From: Deltaproteobacteria bacterium
Lineage (GTDB): Bacteria; Desulfobacterota; BSN033; UBA1163
Length of the DNA: 64,000 bases
Assembly: GCA_020059605.1 (NCBI GenBank)
Contig: JAGVBT010000012.1
Coordinates: 5,431-69,430 of the forward strand
Reading direction: 5' to 3'
The notes beneath the pieces are model-generated. The model saw nothing but the letters and a program-made list of their open reading frames with translations. It was not told the origin of the DNA and did no database searches. Numbering within the stretch: the stretch's first letter is position 1; every line of letters starts with the position of its first letter. A program made the translations under genes and the position numbers. Positions 10,125-19,747 of this stretch are shown here, in pieces.

Positions 10125-11189
10125 ATGATGACCCTTCGCCAGTTTTCCCTTAAACCAGAATCCATCCCAGCATCTACTTCTTGGTATTTAGCTGACTTAG
10201 GTGAAGCCCGCGGCAAACAGGATCTCTTCACAAAACAGTCTCCTCAGAAACTTAAAGTCTTGCGTGAGAACGCAATGATTGAAAGTGCGGTCTCTTCAAA
10301 TCGGATTGAAGGAGTTACTGTTGATCAAACCCGCGTTCGTACCCTCGTCTTCGGGAAACCTGTGTTGCGTGACAGGGATGAAGAAGAAGTGCGGGGTTAC
10401 CGGGACGCACTCAAACTTATTCACGAACAAGGTAAGAGTCTACCTGTGTCAGAGGAAACTATTTTGAATTTCCATCGGTTGTGTCGTGGTGATATATGGG
10501 ATGCGGGGAAATACAAAGAAAGAGATGGCGATATTATCGAAAGGTATGCCAATGGTCGGGAGCGGATAAGGTTCAAGCCTGTTGAGGCGACCCCAACCCC
10601 CCCCTTTATGCACGACTTGATCAAAATGTGGGACCACTGTATTTTTGAAAGATGGGTGCATCCTCTTATCGCTATGGCAGCCTTTAACCTTGATTTTCTT
10701 TGCATCCATCCATTTAGGGATGGAAATGGACGGGTATCGCGACTTCTGCTTTTGCTCCAATGTTATCATCTTGGATTAGAGGTAGGGCGCTATATCAGCA
10801 TTGAGCGTTTAATCGAGCAGAATAAGGAACGATACTACGAGACATTAGAACAAAGTTCCCATGGTTGGCATGAAGGCAAACATGACCCCTGGCCTTATGT
10901 AAATTATCTTCTTTATACTCTTAAAACTGCTTATCGAGAGTTTGAAGAAAGGGTTGGGCAGATTACTTCTCCCAAAGGCGCAAAAGCGGAAATGGTCTTA
11001 AATGCAATCCGATCTCAAAGGGGAGAGTTCCGTTTAGTCGATATTGAACGTGGCTGCCCTGGAGTGGGAAGGGAATGGATCCGGGCATTGTTGGCCGGTT
11101 TGAAGAAGTCTGGTGAAGTTAAATGTCATGGTAAAGGGCCCGCTGCAAGATGGGCCTACCAAGGGGAAAAGGGTAGTACCCTTAAGTGA
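10125..11189 (+). CDS. Fic-family protein (class II, internal inhibitory helix) with probable C-terminal HTH
   Basis: HPFRDGNGRVSR Fic motif; N-terminal SSNRIEG inhibitory motif. Confidence 0.92.
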   Translation: MMTLRQFSLKPESIPASTSWYLADLGEARGKQDLFTKQSPQKLKVLRENAMIESAVSSNRIEGVTVDQTRVRTLVFGKPVLRDRDEEEVRGYRDALKLIHEQGKSLPVSEETILNFHRLCRGDIWDAGKYKERDGDIIERYANGRERIRFKPVEATPTPPFMHDLIKMWDHCIFERWVHPLIAMAAFNLDFLCIHPFRDGNGRVSRLLLLLQCYHLGLEVGRYISIERLIEQNKERYYETLEQSSHGWHEGKHDPWPYVNYLLYTLKTAYREFEERVGQITSPKGAKAEMVLNAIRSQRGEFRLVDIERGCPGVGREWIRALLAGLKKSGEVKCHGKGPAARWAYQGEKGSTLK

Positions 11190-11245
11190 GGGTATTGGTA
11201 AGGGTATAATCCCTTTTGTTACCTTCTCTATAACCGTCTCCCCTG

Positions 11246-11377
11246 GCGGCTGTGTCGTAATTACTGTTTTGTCACCATGAACTTGGTTCAGGGTCTCGTA
11301 ACTATTTGATTCTATTAGATGCCGAAACAAGTTCGGCATGACATTTTTTACGGTTTCCCCTATTACGACACAGTCTC
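11246..11377. mobile_element. 132-bp MITE-like element, copy 2 (different internal palindromes)
   Basis: GCGGCTGTGTCGTAA ... TTACGACACAGTCTC ends; left end diverged, no clean target duplication. Confidence 0.65.
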
Positions 11378-11417
11378 CCCGGGGGAGAGGATGAAGGTGA
11401 GGGGGACATTTCTTATC

Positions 11418-14400
11418 ATGAAAAATTCAAAAAGAGCAATTGAAGAGAGTTTTCCCATTGTTGAGATTAACCGCCTTGCCGTTCCCGAGAGGAATGCGTT
11501 CAAACCTATCTACCAGATGCACACATGTTTTGCCCGAAGAGCTTCCTGTGTCTTCAGGGCTATCCTCCTCGGAGCCATGAAGCCTGCCGGGACCGATATC
11601 ATGAACGAGTTTTATAAAGACCACACCCATGATCCCGACACCAATGGGGTTAGAATCCTTGATCCTTTTATGGGAGGAGGCACGACAGTAGTTGAAGCGC
11701 TTCGCCTGGGTTGCCACGTCACCGGTATCGATCTCAATCCGGTGGCCTGGTTCATTGTAAAAACCGAAGTTGAACCTGTAAATATTGAAGATTTGAAAGC
11801 GGCCTTTAAGAGATTGGAAGAAAGACCTACCTCAAGCGGGAAAACATTAAAGGAAGAACTCCTGAGTCATTACAAAACCGAGTGCCCCTGCTGTGGGGCA
11901 GGAAGAGAAGAAGCCGATATCATCTATAACTTCTGGGTCAAATCAGCCATCTGCACAAATCCCACCTGCCGGAAACCAGTCCCATTATTTTCGGATTACA
12001 TCATTGCCATGAAATCACCCACTGTTCGTTACCTTTCGGATTACAAATGTAATTTCTGCAGCAAGGAATTCGACCTCGATATAGGGAGAGCATCACTCAT
12101 CTCTGAAGAAAACCTGATGGCCAACAACCCGAGGGATGCGTCCGGAGACAGAAGAAGCAATAAACGCTGGGCTCCTTATAATCCGATTGAGAAAAATGTA
12201 AAGTGCCCATGGTGTTCTGAGACAATCATGGTGGGACCGGTCAATACGGTTAAAAAGGAAAAGAAGAAAGTACCATTGGCAGTCCTTTTCTGTCCACATT
12301 GCAGCTCCGTATGGCAATACCGGGGAACACTTCCGGATGAAGCCACCTGCCCGGTATGCTCAAAAAGTTATTCACCGCATAAAGGAAACATTTCAGAAAA
12401 AGGAAGCTTTATCTGCCCTTCTTGCGGGATTAAGGATAAAGTCATAAATTCCATTAGGAAACTTCCTGAAGACCAACTTCTTCCAACCACGCCCTATGCC
12501 ATTGAGGGTTACTGCCCTGAATGTGCGGGAGATGGAGACGCTCAATCTCCCCTCCCCTGGCGCCTGCCCGCCGAACAGGTTCTTTGGCAGGCGGGGGAGG
12601 GGATGAAGGGGAGGGGGAAAAAAGAAGTCTCTCACCTGTGCAACATAAGAGACAATAATGGGAAGTTTTTCAAGAAGATTACTCCTTCTGACTTGAAGAG
12701 GTATCAGGATGCTGAAAAGAGATGGGAAAAAGATAAAGGAGTTCTAAAATATCCAACGTCAAAAGTACCGGAAGGGGACAAGACAAAAACTGACCTGATC
12801 GGCCATCACTATGTTTATTGGCATCAATTGTTTAACTCACGTCAGATTTTACTACTTTCAACTTTGATAGAAGCCATAGATGCAGAGAATAATGGTATTC
12901 TCAAGGAGATGTTGTTGAGTGCATTCTTCCAGGCACTAAGAAATCAATGCATGTTGTGCTTTTATAACGTTACTGCTGGCAAACTAGAGCCCGCTATGTC
13001 TGGTCATGATTTTCGGGACCCAAATACTATCTGTGAAAACTCTGTATGGGGTACCAACTATGGTAGAGGAACATTTTTAAGTATTATCGAGAAGATATTA
13101 GAAGGTAAATTATTTAATCTCGAACCTTTCGATACTGTCTATGAAGAGGACTTAAAAAATGGTTCTAAAAAAACGAAAAAATTCCCAAGCCAGGAGAAAA
13201 TCGAAGGCAACCAAAATTGTTTTTTGTCTTCTTCAGATTCAAAGCAAATAGCTGATTATTTAAAAGGACAACAATTTGATCTGCTCATTACTGATCCTCC
13301 TTACGCAGGAAATGTTAACTATTCGGAGTTGTCAGACTTCTTTTATGTTTGGTTGAGATTGGCATTAGTCAATAAATATAAATGGTTTGCCCCGGAATAC
13401 ACACCTAAATTAGAGGAGGTCATTCTTAACAAAACCAGGGGGCATGATTTGTCAAAATTTCAGGAAGGGTTATCAAAAGTATTTGCCGAGAGTTGTCACT
13501 TACTGAAGGACGAAGGTTTATTAGTCTTCACTTTTCATCATGAGGCTAACGAAGCTTGGGTGGCTGTTTTACAGTCCATTTTTGATGCGGGTTTCTACCT
13601 TATTGCAGTATACCCCTACGAATCTGATGCCCGAAAAGGGGGGTCTTTAGGAGCCCAAAAGATTGCTTATGATACCATACATGTCTGTGGGAAAAGGACT
13701 CAAACAGGAGAGATAAAACAGCGATCTTGGGCAGGGGTGCGTCAGGAGATACGCCAAAAAGCCCGGGAAGAGATTAAGGTGATAGAATCTGGACGATATG
13801 GAAAGGAAAAATTATCCCCGGAAGACGTAAATATCATCTTAATAGGGAAATGCCTTGAGTTATACAGCAGGCATTATGGCCAGATTGTTGATTATAAGGG
13901 AGAAGTGGTTCCTCTTCAGGAAGCCCTGACTGCCATCCGTATGATGGTGGAGCAGATTGTATCTGCCCAGCGTCCACTCCCATCGGAATTAGAGCACATT
14001 GACCCAATCAGCTACGTCTACCTCACCTGTCTATGTGACCGAAAAGAAATCCAGAGTGATGAAGTGCACAAGACGACAAGAGGCATCATGGAGCCGGAGG
14101 TGCTAATTAAGGCAGGCGTGATTAGGAAAGGCCGAGCCAAGCGCGGGAGAACTTATGAGGTAAAGCTTCCCGACGAAAGATACAAGGAACTTCAGAAACT
14201 CTTTCTTAGCACAAGAAAGACCATTGACCAGAAGTTTCTCTTTCCGGAGATGGAAGAGGCCAAATTCGATAGAATACCGTTGGTCGATGCGCTTCATTAT
14301 CTAATGGGCCTTGCCGGGGCCTCGGAGAATATCGTCCCGTGGTTGAATGAGTTCCGCCCAATCGTTCCGCAGATTCGGGTTTCACTCGAATACATGAGAG

Positions 14401-14459
14401 AGAAAAACCCCACCTTTCGGGAACCGATCAACAGAGTGCTCAGTTTAATCGAGGTGTGA
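11418..14459 (+). CDS. DUF1156-type N6-adenine DNA methyltransferase with Zn-ribbon insert
   Basis: AIEESFP..EIN..A..E, H..FARR, ILDPFMGGGTT (motif I), multiple CxxC, TDPPY (motif IV), YSELSDFFYVWLR; start moved to 11418 because the upstream part is repeat-derived. Confidence 0.88.
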   Translation: MKNSKRAIEESFPIVEINRLAVPERNAFKPIYQMHTCFARRASCVFRAILLGAMKPAGTDIMNEFYKDHTHDPDTNGVRILDPFMGGGTTVVEALRLGCHVTGIDLNPVAWFIVKTEVEPVNIEDLKAAFKRLEERPTSSGKTLKEELLSHYKTECPCCGAGREEADIIYNFWVKSAICTNPTCRKPVPLFSDYIIAMKSPTVRYLSDYKCNFCSKEFDLDIGRASLISEENLMANNPRDASGDRRSNKRWAPYNPIEKNVKCPWCSETIMVGPVNTVKKEKKKVPLAVLFCPHCSSVWQYRGTLPDEATCPVCSKSYSPHKGNISEKGSFICPSCGIKDKVINSIRKLPEDQLLPTTPYAIEGYCPECAGDGDAQSPLPWRLPAEQVLWQAGEGMKGRGKKEVSHLCNIRDNNGKFFKKITPSDLKRYQDAEKRWEKDKGVLKYPTSKVPEGDKTKTDLIGHHYVYWHQLFNSRQILLLSTLIEAIDAENNGILKEMLLSAFFQALRNQCMLCFYNVTAGKLEPAMSGHDFRDPNTICENSVWGTNYGRGTFLSIIEKILEGKLFNLEPFDTVYEEDLKNGSKKTKKFPSQEKIEGNQNCFLSSSDSKQIADYLKGQQFDLLITDPPYAGNVNYSELSDFFYVWLRLALVNKYKWFAPEYTPKLEEVILNKTRGHDLSKFQEGLSKVFAESCHLLKDEGLLVFTFHHEANEAWVAVLQSIFDAGFYLIAVYPYESDARKGGSLGAQKIAYDTIHVCGKRTQTGEIKQRSWAGVRQEIRQKAREEIKVIESGRYGKEKLSPEDVNIILIGKCLELYSRHYGQIVDYKGEVVPLQEALTAIRMMVEQIVSAQRPLPSELEHIDPISYVYLTCLCDRKEIQSDEVHKTTRGIMEPEVLIKAGVIRKGRAKRGRTYEVKLPDERYKELQKLFLSTRKTIDQKFLFPEMEEAKFDRIPLVDALHYLMGLAGASENIVPWLNEFRPIVPQIRVSLEYMREKNPTFREPINRVLSLIEV

Positions 14460-14460
14460 G

Positions 14461-14883
14461 ATGCCTGGCTATAAGATGTTTGAAGAGCGTTATCTAAATA
14501 TTTACAAGGAGGACGGCATTGCTCCCAACGAAATCAAAATCGGTCTTCTCGACTTTCTCCGTGAGTTAAGAGGTGGAGCCGAAGGAATACCAAGATTATC
14601 TTCCTTTATGGTTATCGGTATTGATGAGGTCTTGTATCTGGCAGAAGATCGGGAGAAGATCTCGCTTTCCATCCACAAAATCCTCCAATCAGCAGCAGCG
14701 ACCCTTGAGCGAAAGATGGTCGAGGTGCAGATTTCCTGTAAAGGGAAACTTTTTAAGGCTGATTCTTTCTGGTTAGAATACCGGATGGGAAAATACCCCA
14801 TGGATATTATTTTTGGCACTCCAACCAGACTTGAAATCCGGGGACTCCCTGTCTTCGCCACAGGCTTCAATTTATCAAGTTAA
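14461..14883 (+). CDS. Hypothetical 140-aa protein, possibly degenerate P-loop (BrxB/BrxF-like) accessory subunit
   Basis: Starts 2 nt after the methylase stop with GAGGTG RBS; FMVIGIDE resembles a Walker B strand with no Walker A. Confidence 0.55.
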   Translation: MPGYKMFEERYLNIYKEDGIAPNEIKIGLLDFLRELRGGAEGIPRLSSFMVIGIDEVLYLAEDREKISLSIHKILQSAAATLERKMVEVQISCKGKLFKADSFWLEYRMGKYPMDIIFGTPTRLEIRGLPVFATGFNLSS

Positions 14884-14885
14884 TA

Positions 14886-15036
14886 GTAGCACAGGCTTCC
14901 AGCCTGTGAACAGGTAGCACAGGCCTCTGGCCTGTGAATAAAAATGGTAGCCCAGGCCTCCGGCCTGTGAATAAAAAGCATAAGAGTCAAACCCATGTCG
15001 ATAACAAAATCAGGTGGCACAGGCTTTCAGCCTGTG
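14886..15036 (+). repeat. Four GTAG-type REP palindromes at the 5' side of the RAYT
   Basis: GT(A/G)GC(A/C)CAGGC-n5-GCCTGTG units at 14886, 14914, 14947 and 15014. Confidence 0.88.
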
Positions 15037-15576
15037 TCCTCTTTTAAGATTACCAGAAGAAACTTGCCTCACTGGCAAGAACCTGAAAGGATATACTTCA
15101 TTACCTGGCGTTGTGCAAAAGAACAGGGTCTCTCTCCAGAAGAACGCACAACAGTGTTGGAAGCAGTTCGATACTGGGATAATCGTAAATGGACAGTCTA
15201 TGCCGCCGTCGTCATGCCCGACCACGTACATGCGTTGGTTCAACCCCTTATTCAGAGTAAAGGAGGAACTTTCGATTTGGCTGAGATCTTACATAGCGTT
15301 AAAAGTTTTAGCGCTCACCAAATAAACCGGCAGAGAGAAAGACATGGGTCTATTTGGCAGGATGAACGGTTTGATCGCATTGTGCGTGACGAGATGGAAT
15401 TTAAGGAAAAATGGGAATATATCAGAAATAATCCGGTGAAAAATGCCTTATGCGAAAGTCCGGAAAAGTATCCTTGGCTTTATGAGAGAGCCTGGTGGCA
15501 CAGGCCAGAGGCCTGTGCCACCAGAAAAGTGTCTTTTGGTTTTATTTTTAATAGAGGCCTTAATCTTTCAAGTTGA
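14995..15576 (+). mobile_element. REP-associated tyrosine transposase (RAYT, HUH Y1)
   Basis: RRNLPHW..IYFITW, VMPDHVH (HUH), KSFSAH, IWQ...FDRIVRD, YIRNNPVK; flanked by REPs. Confidence 0.92.
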
Positions 15577-15641
15577 TTTAAAGGTGATAGCGCGGGCCTC
15601 TGGCCTGTGAATAGATTGGTAGCACGGGCCTCTGGCCTGTG
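15493..15641 (+). repeat. Three REP palindromes at the 3' side of the RAYT
   Basis: TGGTGGCACAGGCC-aga-GGCCTGTGCCACCA at 15493-15523; further units at 15587 and 15619. Confidence 0.85.
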
Positions 15642-15663
15642 TCATTTGAATTTTGGTAACTAA

Positions 15664-18453
15664 ATGGAACTTAAGGAGTATACAAAAGTTAAGGTCATCT
15701 ATCGGCCGGAACTTGGATCAGGAGAGGTGCTCCGGGTAGAGGAGCGACATGGGGAATACCTGGTCGATGTCGTCTTTGAGAAAGACGGTAAGAGATTCCT
15801 TGAGACTTTCCCCCAACATCTCCTGGAACCTGTACCGAACCTCTTACAGCGATTCCAGAAAGGTGAGTCTGACGATCCTTTAGATTTTTTTTTAAAAAAG
15901 TTAGCCTACCAGTTTCCCCTCGAAAATTCCGGCGGCAAACTCTCTAACAGCAGGACGGACCTTCTTCCCCATCAAATCCTATTAACGCATCAGGTTGTAA
16001 ATGCGACGAGACGAAAATTTCTGGTTGCGGATGAAGTTGGTCTTGGAAAGACCATTGAAGTGGGGATGATCATAAGGGAACTTTTATCACGAGGAGACGC
16101 AAGGCGGATATTAATCGTTTGCCCTGCAGGTCTGATCGAAAACTGGCGAAATGAGATGAGAGACTGCTTCCGCATCTATTTTGACATCTTCGGCCAGGAT
16201 TTCACCGATGCAAACCCTCTTGCCTGGGAACGGCATAACCTGGCGATTATTTCAATTGATACGATCAAAAAACTCCAGAGATTGGAAAAAATGGCCCCAG
16301 GGCCGGATTGGGATCTCATTGTTTTCGATGAGGCCCATCATCTCACACGAAAAAAATATGGGAAAAAGATCGATATCACTCAGAATTATCGGTTGGCGGA
16401 GAGGTTAAAGGGAAAGACGAGAGATCTGCTATTTCTTACCGCTACACCTCATCAAGGGAATGCCTATCAGTTCTGGTCATTGATTCAACTCTTAGATGAT
16501 CAACTCTTTGAAGCGCCTGAAGCCATGCAAGAGAATAGAGGCCTTTTAGGTCGGGTAATGTTCCGGAGAACCAAAAGAGAGGTAACGGATGCCCAGGGAA
16601 ACCCAATCTTTATGCGTAGGCAGGTCACCACACAGAAATTCCAGCTTTCTATTCGGGAACAGAGATTTTACGATAAACTGACCGATTACCTCAAAGAAGG
16701 ATACGATGCCGCAGGTTTCGGACAGGATAAGACCACCAAGCAGCAACGGGCCGTTGGGTTTGTCATGGCTACTTTCCAGAAGATCATGTCATCCAGCCCG
16801 AGGGCTATCAAACAGGCGCTCCGACGGCGTTTGATTGCGCTTTATGCCAGAAAACAGATGGCCCTGGAAAGCGGATTCCATGGAGGACTGACGAAGGCAG
16901 AGATATCTTCAAAAATCGTCCAATATCAAGAATTAATGCGGAGCGTGGTTGCCGATCTGCTTTCATTCACCAGGGGCAGGATAGATTACATTGAGGCTGA
17001 TGCCTACATTACAAGCTTGAAACAGCGACTTAAGAAAAGGCCGAAATTTGAAGAAGAAGTGACCCATTGGGCGCTGGATGCTACAGAAAAAGAAGACGAG
17101 GTCATCGAAGCTAAAGCCAATATCCCAAATGAGGGAGAAAAGGTAAAGGAGCTAATCGACCTGGTAGACGACCGTGCAGATAGAAAATATGATACCTTAA
17201 TCCGTGCCATCGAACAGTTCCGACGGGAAAACCGGGACGAAAAGATGCTCATATTTACCCAATATCTTGAGACCCTGTATTTTCTCCAGAAGGAACTGGG
17301 GAAATATTACCCCCCTGAAAAAATAGCCATTCTCAAGGGAGGCCCTTTGGAGGATAAGATCGCATCCTGTGAATCCTTCTGGGATGAAAACGGCGCTCAA
17401 TTTCTTCTATCGACCACAGCCGGAGGAGAGGGGATCAACCTCCAGGTCTGCCGCATTTTATTCAACTACGATTTGCCCTGGAATCCCATGGCAGTGGAAC
17501 AGCGTATCGGCCGAATCCATCGATATGGCCAGACCGAGACAGCTCAGGTTTATAGCCTCGTAGCTGAAGGGACCATTGAAGAGAAGGTCTATGCGATTCT
17601 TGAAGAGAAACTTCTTGAAATCGCCCAAACCATTGGCAAGGTCGACTCTGTAACAGGTGAAGTAACTGAAGATTTTAGATCAGAGATCCTCGGATTTCTC
17701 GGCTCGTCAGCAAATTATCAAGACCTCTATAAGGAGGCGCTCGTCAATCGAGACTATAAACGAACCGAAAAAGAGATTTCTGAAGCGATCCTCAAGGCGA
17801 AGGAAGCAAGCGAGGCGTTGCGGCAACTCACCCAGGATCTCCTAACTTTTAATCTGGAACAATACAAAGAGCTTGAGGGGAAATTTACCCTCGATGATTT
17901 AAGGTGTTTTACGGAAAAGGCGATTTTAAGATTGGGGGGTAGTTTTATCCCTTCAGGAGATATTGTCCAGATCACCACTCCTCCAGCACTAAAAAAGTAT
18001 TCAAATGTAGCCTCCCGATATGAAAATGTGACTTTTTCGCGGAAGATAGCAACCAGAAAGAAAAATGTTGACTTGCTTGGGATAGGTCATCCCCTTATGG
18101 ATGCTTTGATTGATTATTTGAAAGGGGAAGGGATATCTGGAGAGGTATTGATCGCAAAATATGATGCAGTCCCATCAAACCGTTCGGTACGATATCTATT
18201 TATGATAGATTTTGAAAATGGAACCAAAAGAGAACTCTATAAGAAATTTCTGCTCGATGGAGCCGAACTCCCAGAGGACCTGGTTTTTCTGCAAGACAGC
18301 ATGTGTAAGGGTGAAACCCCTATTAACATCCTTTCGGATCTTGAAAGTAAAGTAGAGATGCTAATCAGAAATGAAGAAGCCAAAATCCGGTCCACTTATG
18401 ATGGGGTTATCAACATCAGGAATAAATGTGTGGGAATACAACTGATAAATTGA
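15664..18453 (+). CDS. SNF2/RapA-like helicase (BrxHII/DrmD-like)
   Basis: LLPHQ, VADEVGLGKT, DEAHH, LTATPHQG, LIFTQY, GGEGINLQ, NYDLPWNP..EQRIGRIHRYGQ. Confidence 0.92.
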   Translation: MELKEYTKVKVIYRPELGSGEVLRVEERHGEYLVDVVFEKDGKRFLETFPQHLLEPVPNLLQRFQKGESDDPLDFFLKKLAYQFPLENSGGKLSNSRTDLLPHQILLTHQVVNATRRKFLVADEVGLGKTIEVGMIIRELLSRGDARRILIVCPAGLIENWRNEMRDCFRIYFDIFGQDFTDANPLAWERHNLAIISIDTIKKLQRLEKMAPGPDWDLIVFDEAHHLTRKKYGKKIDITQNYRLAERLKGKTRDLLFLTATPHQGNAYQFWSLIQLLDDQLFEAPEAMQENRGLLGRVMFRRTKREVTDAQGNPIFMRRQVTTQKFQLSIREQRFYDKLTDYLKEGYDAAGFGQDKTTKQQRAVGFVMATFQKIMSSSPRAIKQALRRRLIALYARKQMALESGFHGGLTKAEISSKIVQYQELMRSVVADLLSFTRGRIDYIEADAYITSLKQRLKKRPKFEEEVTHWALDATEKEDEVIEAKANIPNEGEKVKELIDLVDDRADRKYDTLIRAIEQFRRENRDEKMLIFTQYLETLYFLQKELGKYYPPEKIAILKGGPLEDKIASCESFWDENGAQFLLSTTAGGEGINLQVCRILFNYDLPWNPMAVEQRIGRIHRYGQTETAQVYSLVAEGTIEEKVYAILEEKLLEIAQTIGKVDSVTGEVTEDFRSEILGFLGSSANYQDLYKEALVNRDYKRTEKEISEAILKAKEASEALRQLTQDLLTFNLEQYKELEGKFTLDDLRCFTEKAILRLGGSFIPSGDIVQITTPPALKKYSNVASRYENVTFSRKIATRKKNVDLLGIGHPLMDALIDYLKGEGISGEVLIAKYDAVPSNRSVRYLFMIDFENGTKRELYKKFLLDGAELPEDLVFLQDSMCKGETPINILSDLESKVEMLIRNEEAKIRSTYDGVINIRNKCVGIQLIN

Positions 18454-18840
18454 TTGATGGGGTTATATTTGTGAACAATAAAGTCTGTGGGGTCGGACCA
18501 AACCAAGTCTTTGAAATTAGCGAGAAATCTATAAAAATACGCCTGGGAAAAGGGGTTAGAAGGGCATTTTTGGCCCTGAAAAGGGCTAAATAAGGAGAGG
18601 CAAATGGGGTCAAAGCTAAACTATACACTTTACAATAAAGACGAATTAGACGTTTAATTTGGAAGGGGTTCCTATTTTAAGCAGATTTACATAAAAGAAG
18701 AATAGATGACGGGGATAGTGAAACATATCGATTCATGGATGCGCCATATTTGGCTGAAGGTTGTCAAAAAAGAATACGACAGCAGTAGGATTTTTGAGGA
18801 ATTCAAAACGCAAGTGTGATGAGACTATTCTGATGGGCGT

Positions 18841-19506
18841 ATGAAAGTATACAAGAAGAAAATTGCTGATCGCTATGATGTGTCTGAATTGGTGGATGCC
18901 CAATTTGAATCAGGTTCCCGTCGCCGAGTCTTAAAGAATTTGCTTGGAATTAGGCGTAAGCGTGAAATGGATCGTCTGGAGGGAATAGAACAACTCCGTG
19001 CTCTTCGTGAATTGATAAAGATCTATGGGAAAAATCACCGATTCACCGCTGCTGATATATGCCGAATTCATAAAATATGGTTAGGGAACATATACCCTTG
19101 GTCAGGAAAATACCGGCGGGTCAACCTCACCAAGAACAACTTTACATTCGCCGCCGCAAGCCAGGTAGGACGGCTGATGGAAGAACTTGAAAAGGGGCCT
19201 CTTCGTGAGTTCACCCCTTGCAGGTTCGATACGATTGAAAAGACAGTCAAAGCCCTGGCCGTGGTTCACACCGAACTGGTGTTGATTCATCCATTTCGCG
19301 ATGGAAATGGGCGTGTTGCCCGGTTAATGACTACGCTGATGGCATTACAGGCAGGGTTACCGCCCTTGGATTTCAGTGGCCTGAAGGGGGATAAAAGAAA
19401 GGCGTACTACGCGGCGATACGAGCAGGTCTGGATCGGGACTACAAACCGATGGAGGATGTCTTCAGCGGCGTGATCCGGGAGACTTTGCGGAAACGTAGG
19501 ACCTAA
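18841..19506 (+). CDS. Fic-family toxin (class I, FicT/VbhT-like)
   Basis: VLKNLLGI, IHKIWLGNIYPWSGKYR, HPFRDGNGRVAR; no internal SxxxEG motif. Confidence 0.9.
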   Translation: MKVYKKKIADRYDVSELVDAQFESGSRRRVLKNLLGIRRKREMDRLEGIEQLRALRELIKIYGKNHRFTAADICRIHKIWLGNIYPWSGKYRRVNLTKNNFTFAAASQVGRLMEELEKGPLREFTPCRFDTIEKTVKALAVVHTELVLIHPFRDGNGRVARLMTTLMALQAGLPPLDFSGLKGDKRKAYYAAIRAGLDRDYKPMEDVFSGVIRETLRKRRT

Positions 19507-19681
19507 TGTGTTTCTCAGAGGTAGAAAGTGATTTCCCCAGCTCCTCCCAATCTAAATGGACGCCTTCGATTGCTGTTGAAGAGACGACTGTTTTGGCAAG
19601 TAGCGCTTCTCGCCGTTTTGAATCTCTGAGATAAGAATTCGTATTAATCAGGGAGTCTTTACGCACACTTTTTATTAACAC
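19463..19681 (-). CDS. Putative Fic antitoxin (VbhA/FicA-like), convergent with the toxin
   Basis: 72-aa ORF containing SSTAIEG, the (S/T)xxxE(G/N) inhibitory motif; start codon uncertain. Confidence 0.65.
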   Translation of the reverse strand: MLIKSVRKDSLINTNSYLRDSKRREALLAKTVVSSTAIEGVHLDWEELGKSLSTSEKHIRSYVSAKSPGSRR

Positions 19682-19747
19682 ATTTTTCGCTTTCAGTCTA
19701 TGGTGAACTGCGAAAGAAGCGGTATTGGCTTAAATAAATAAGCATCT

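Noticed and set aside
14886-14969. Three regularly spaced 23-bp palindromes as a mini-CRISPR
   Set aside because: Gaps are only 5-10 bp and the units are GTAG REPs next to a RAYT.
18454-18840. ORF 18416-18628 and other short frames between the helicase and Fic
   Set aside because: No recognisable motif; may be degraded DNA but cannot be assigned.
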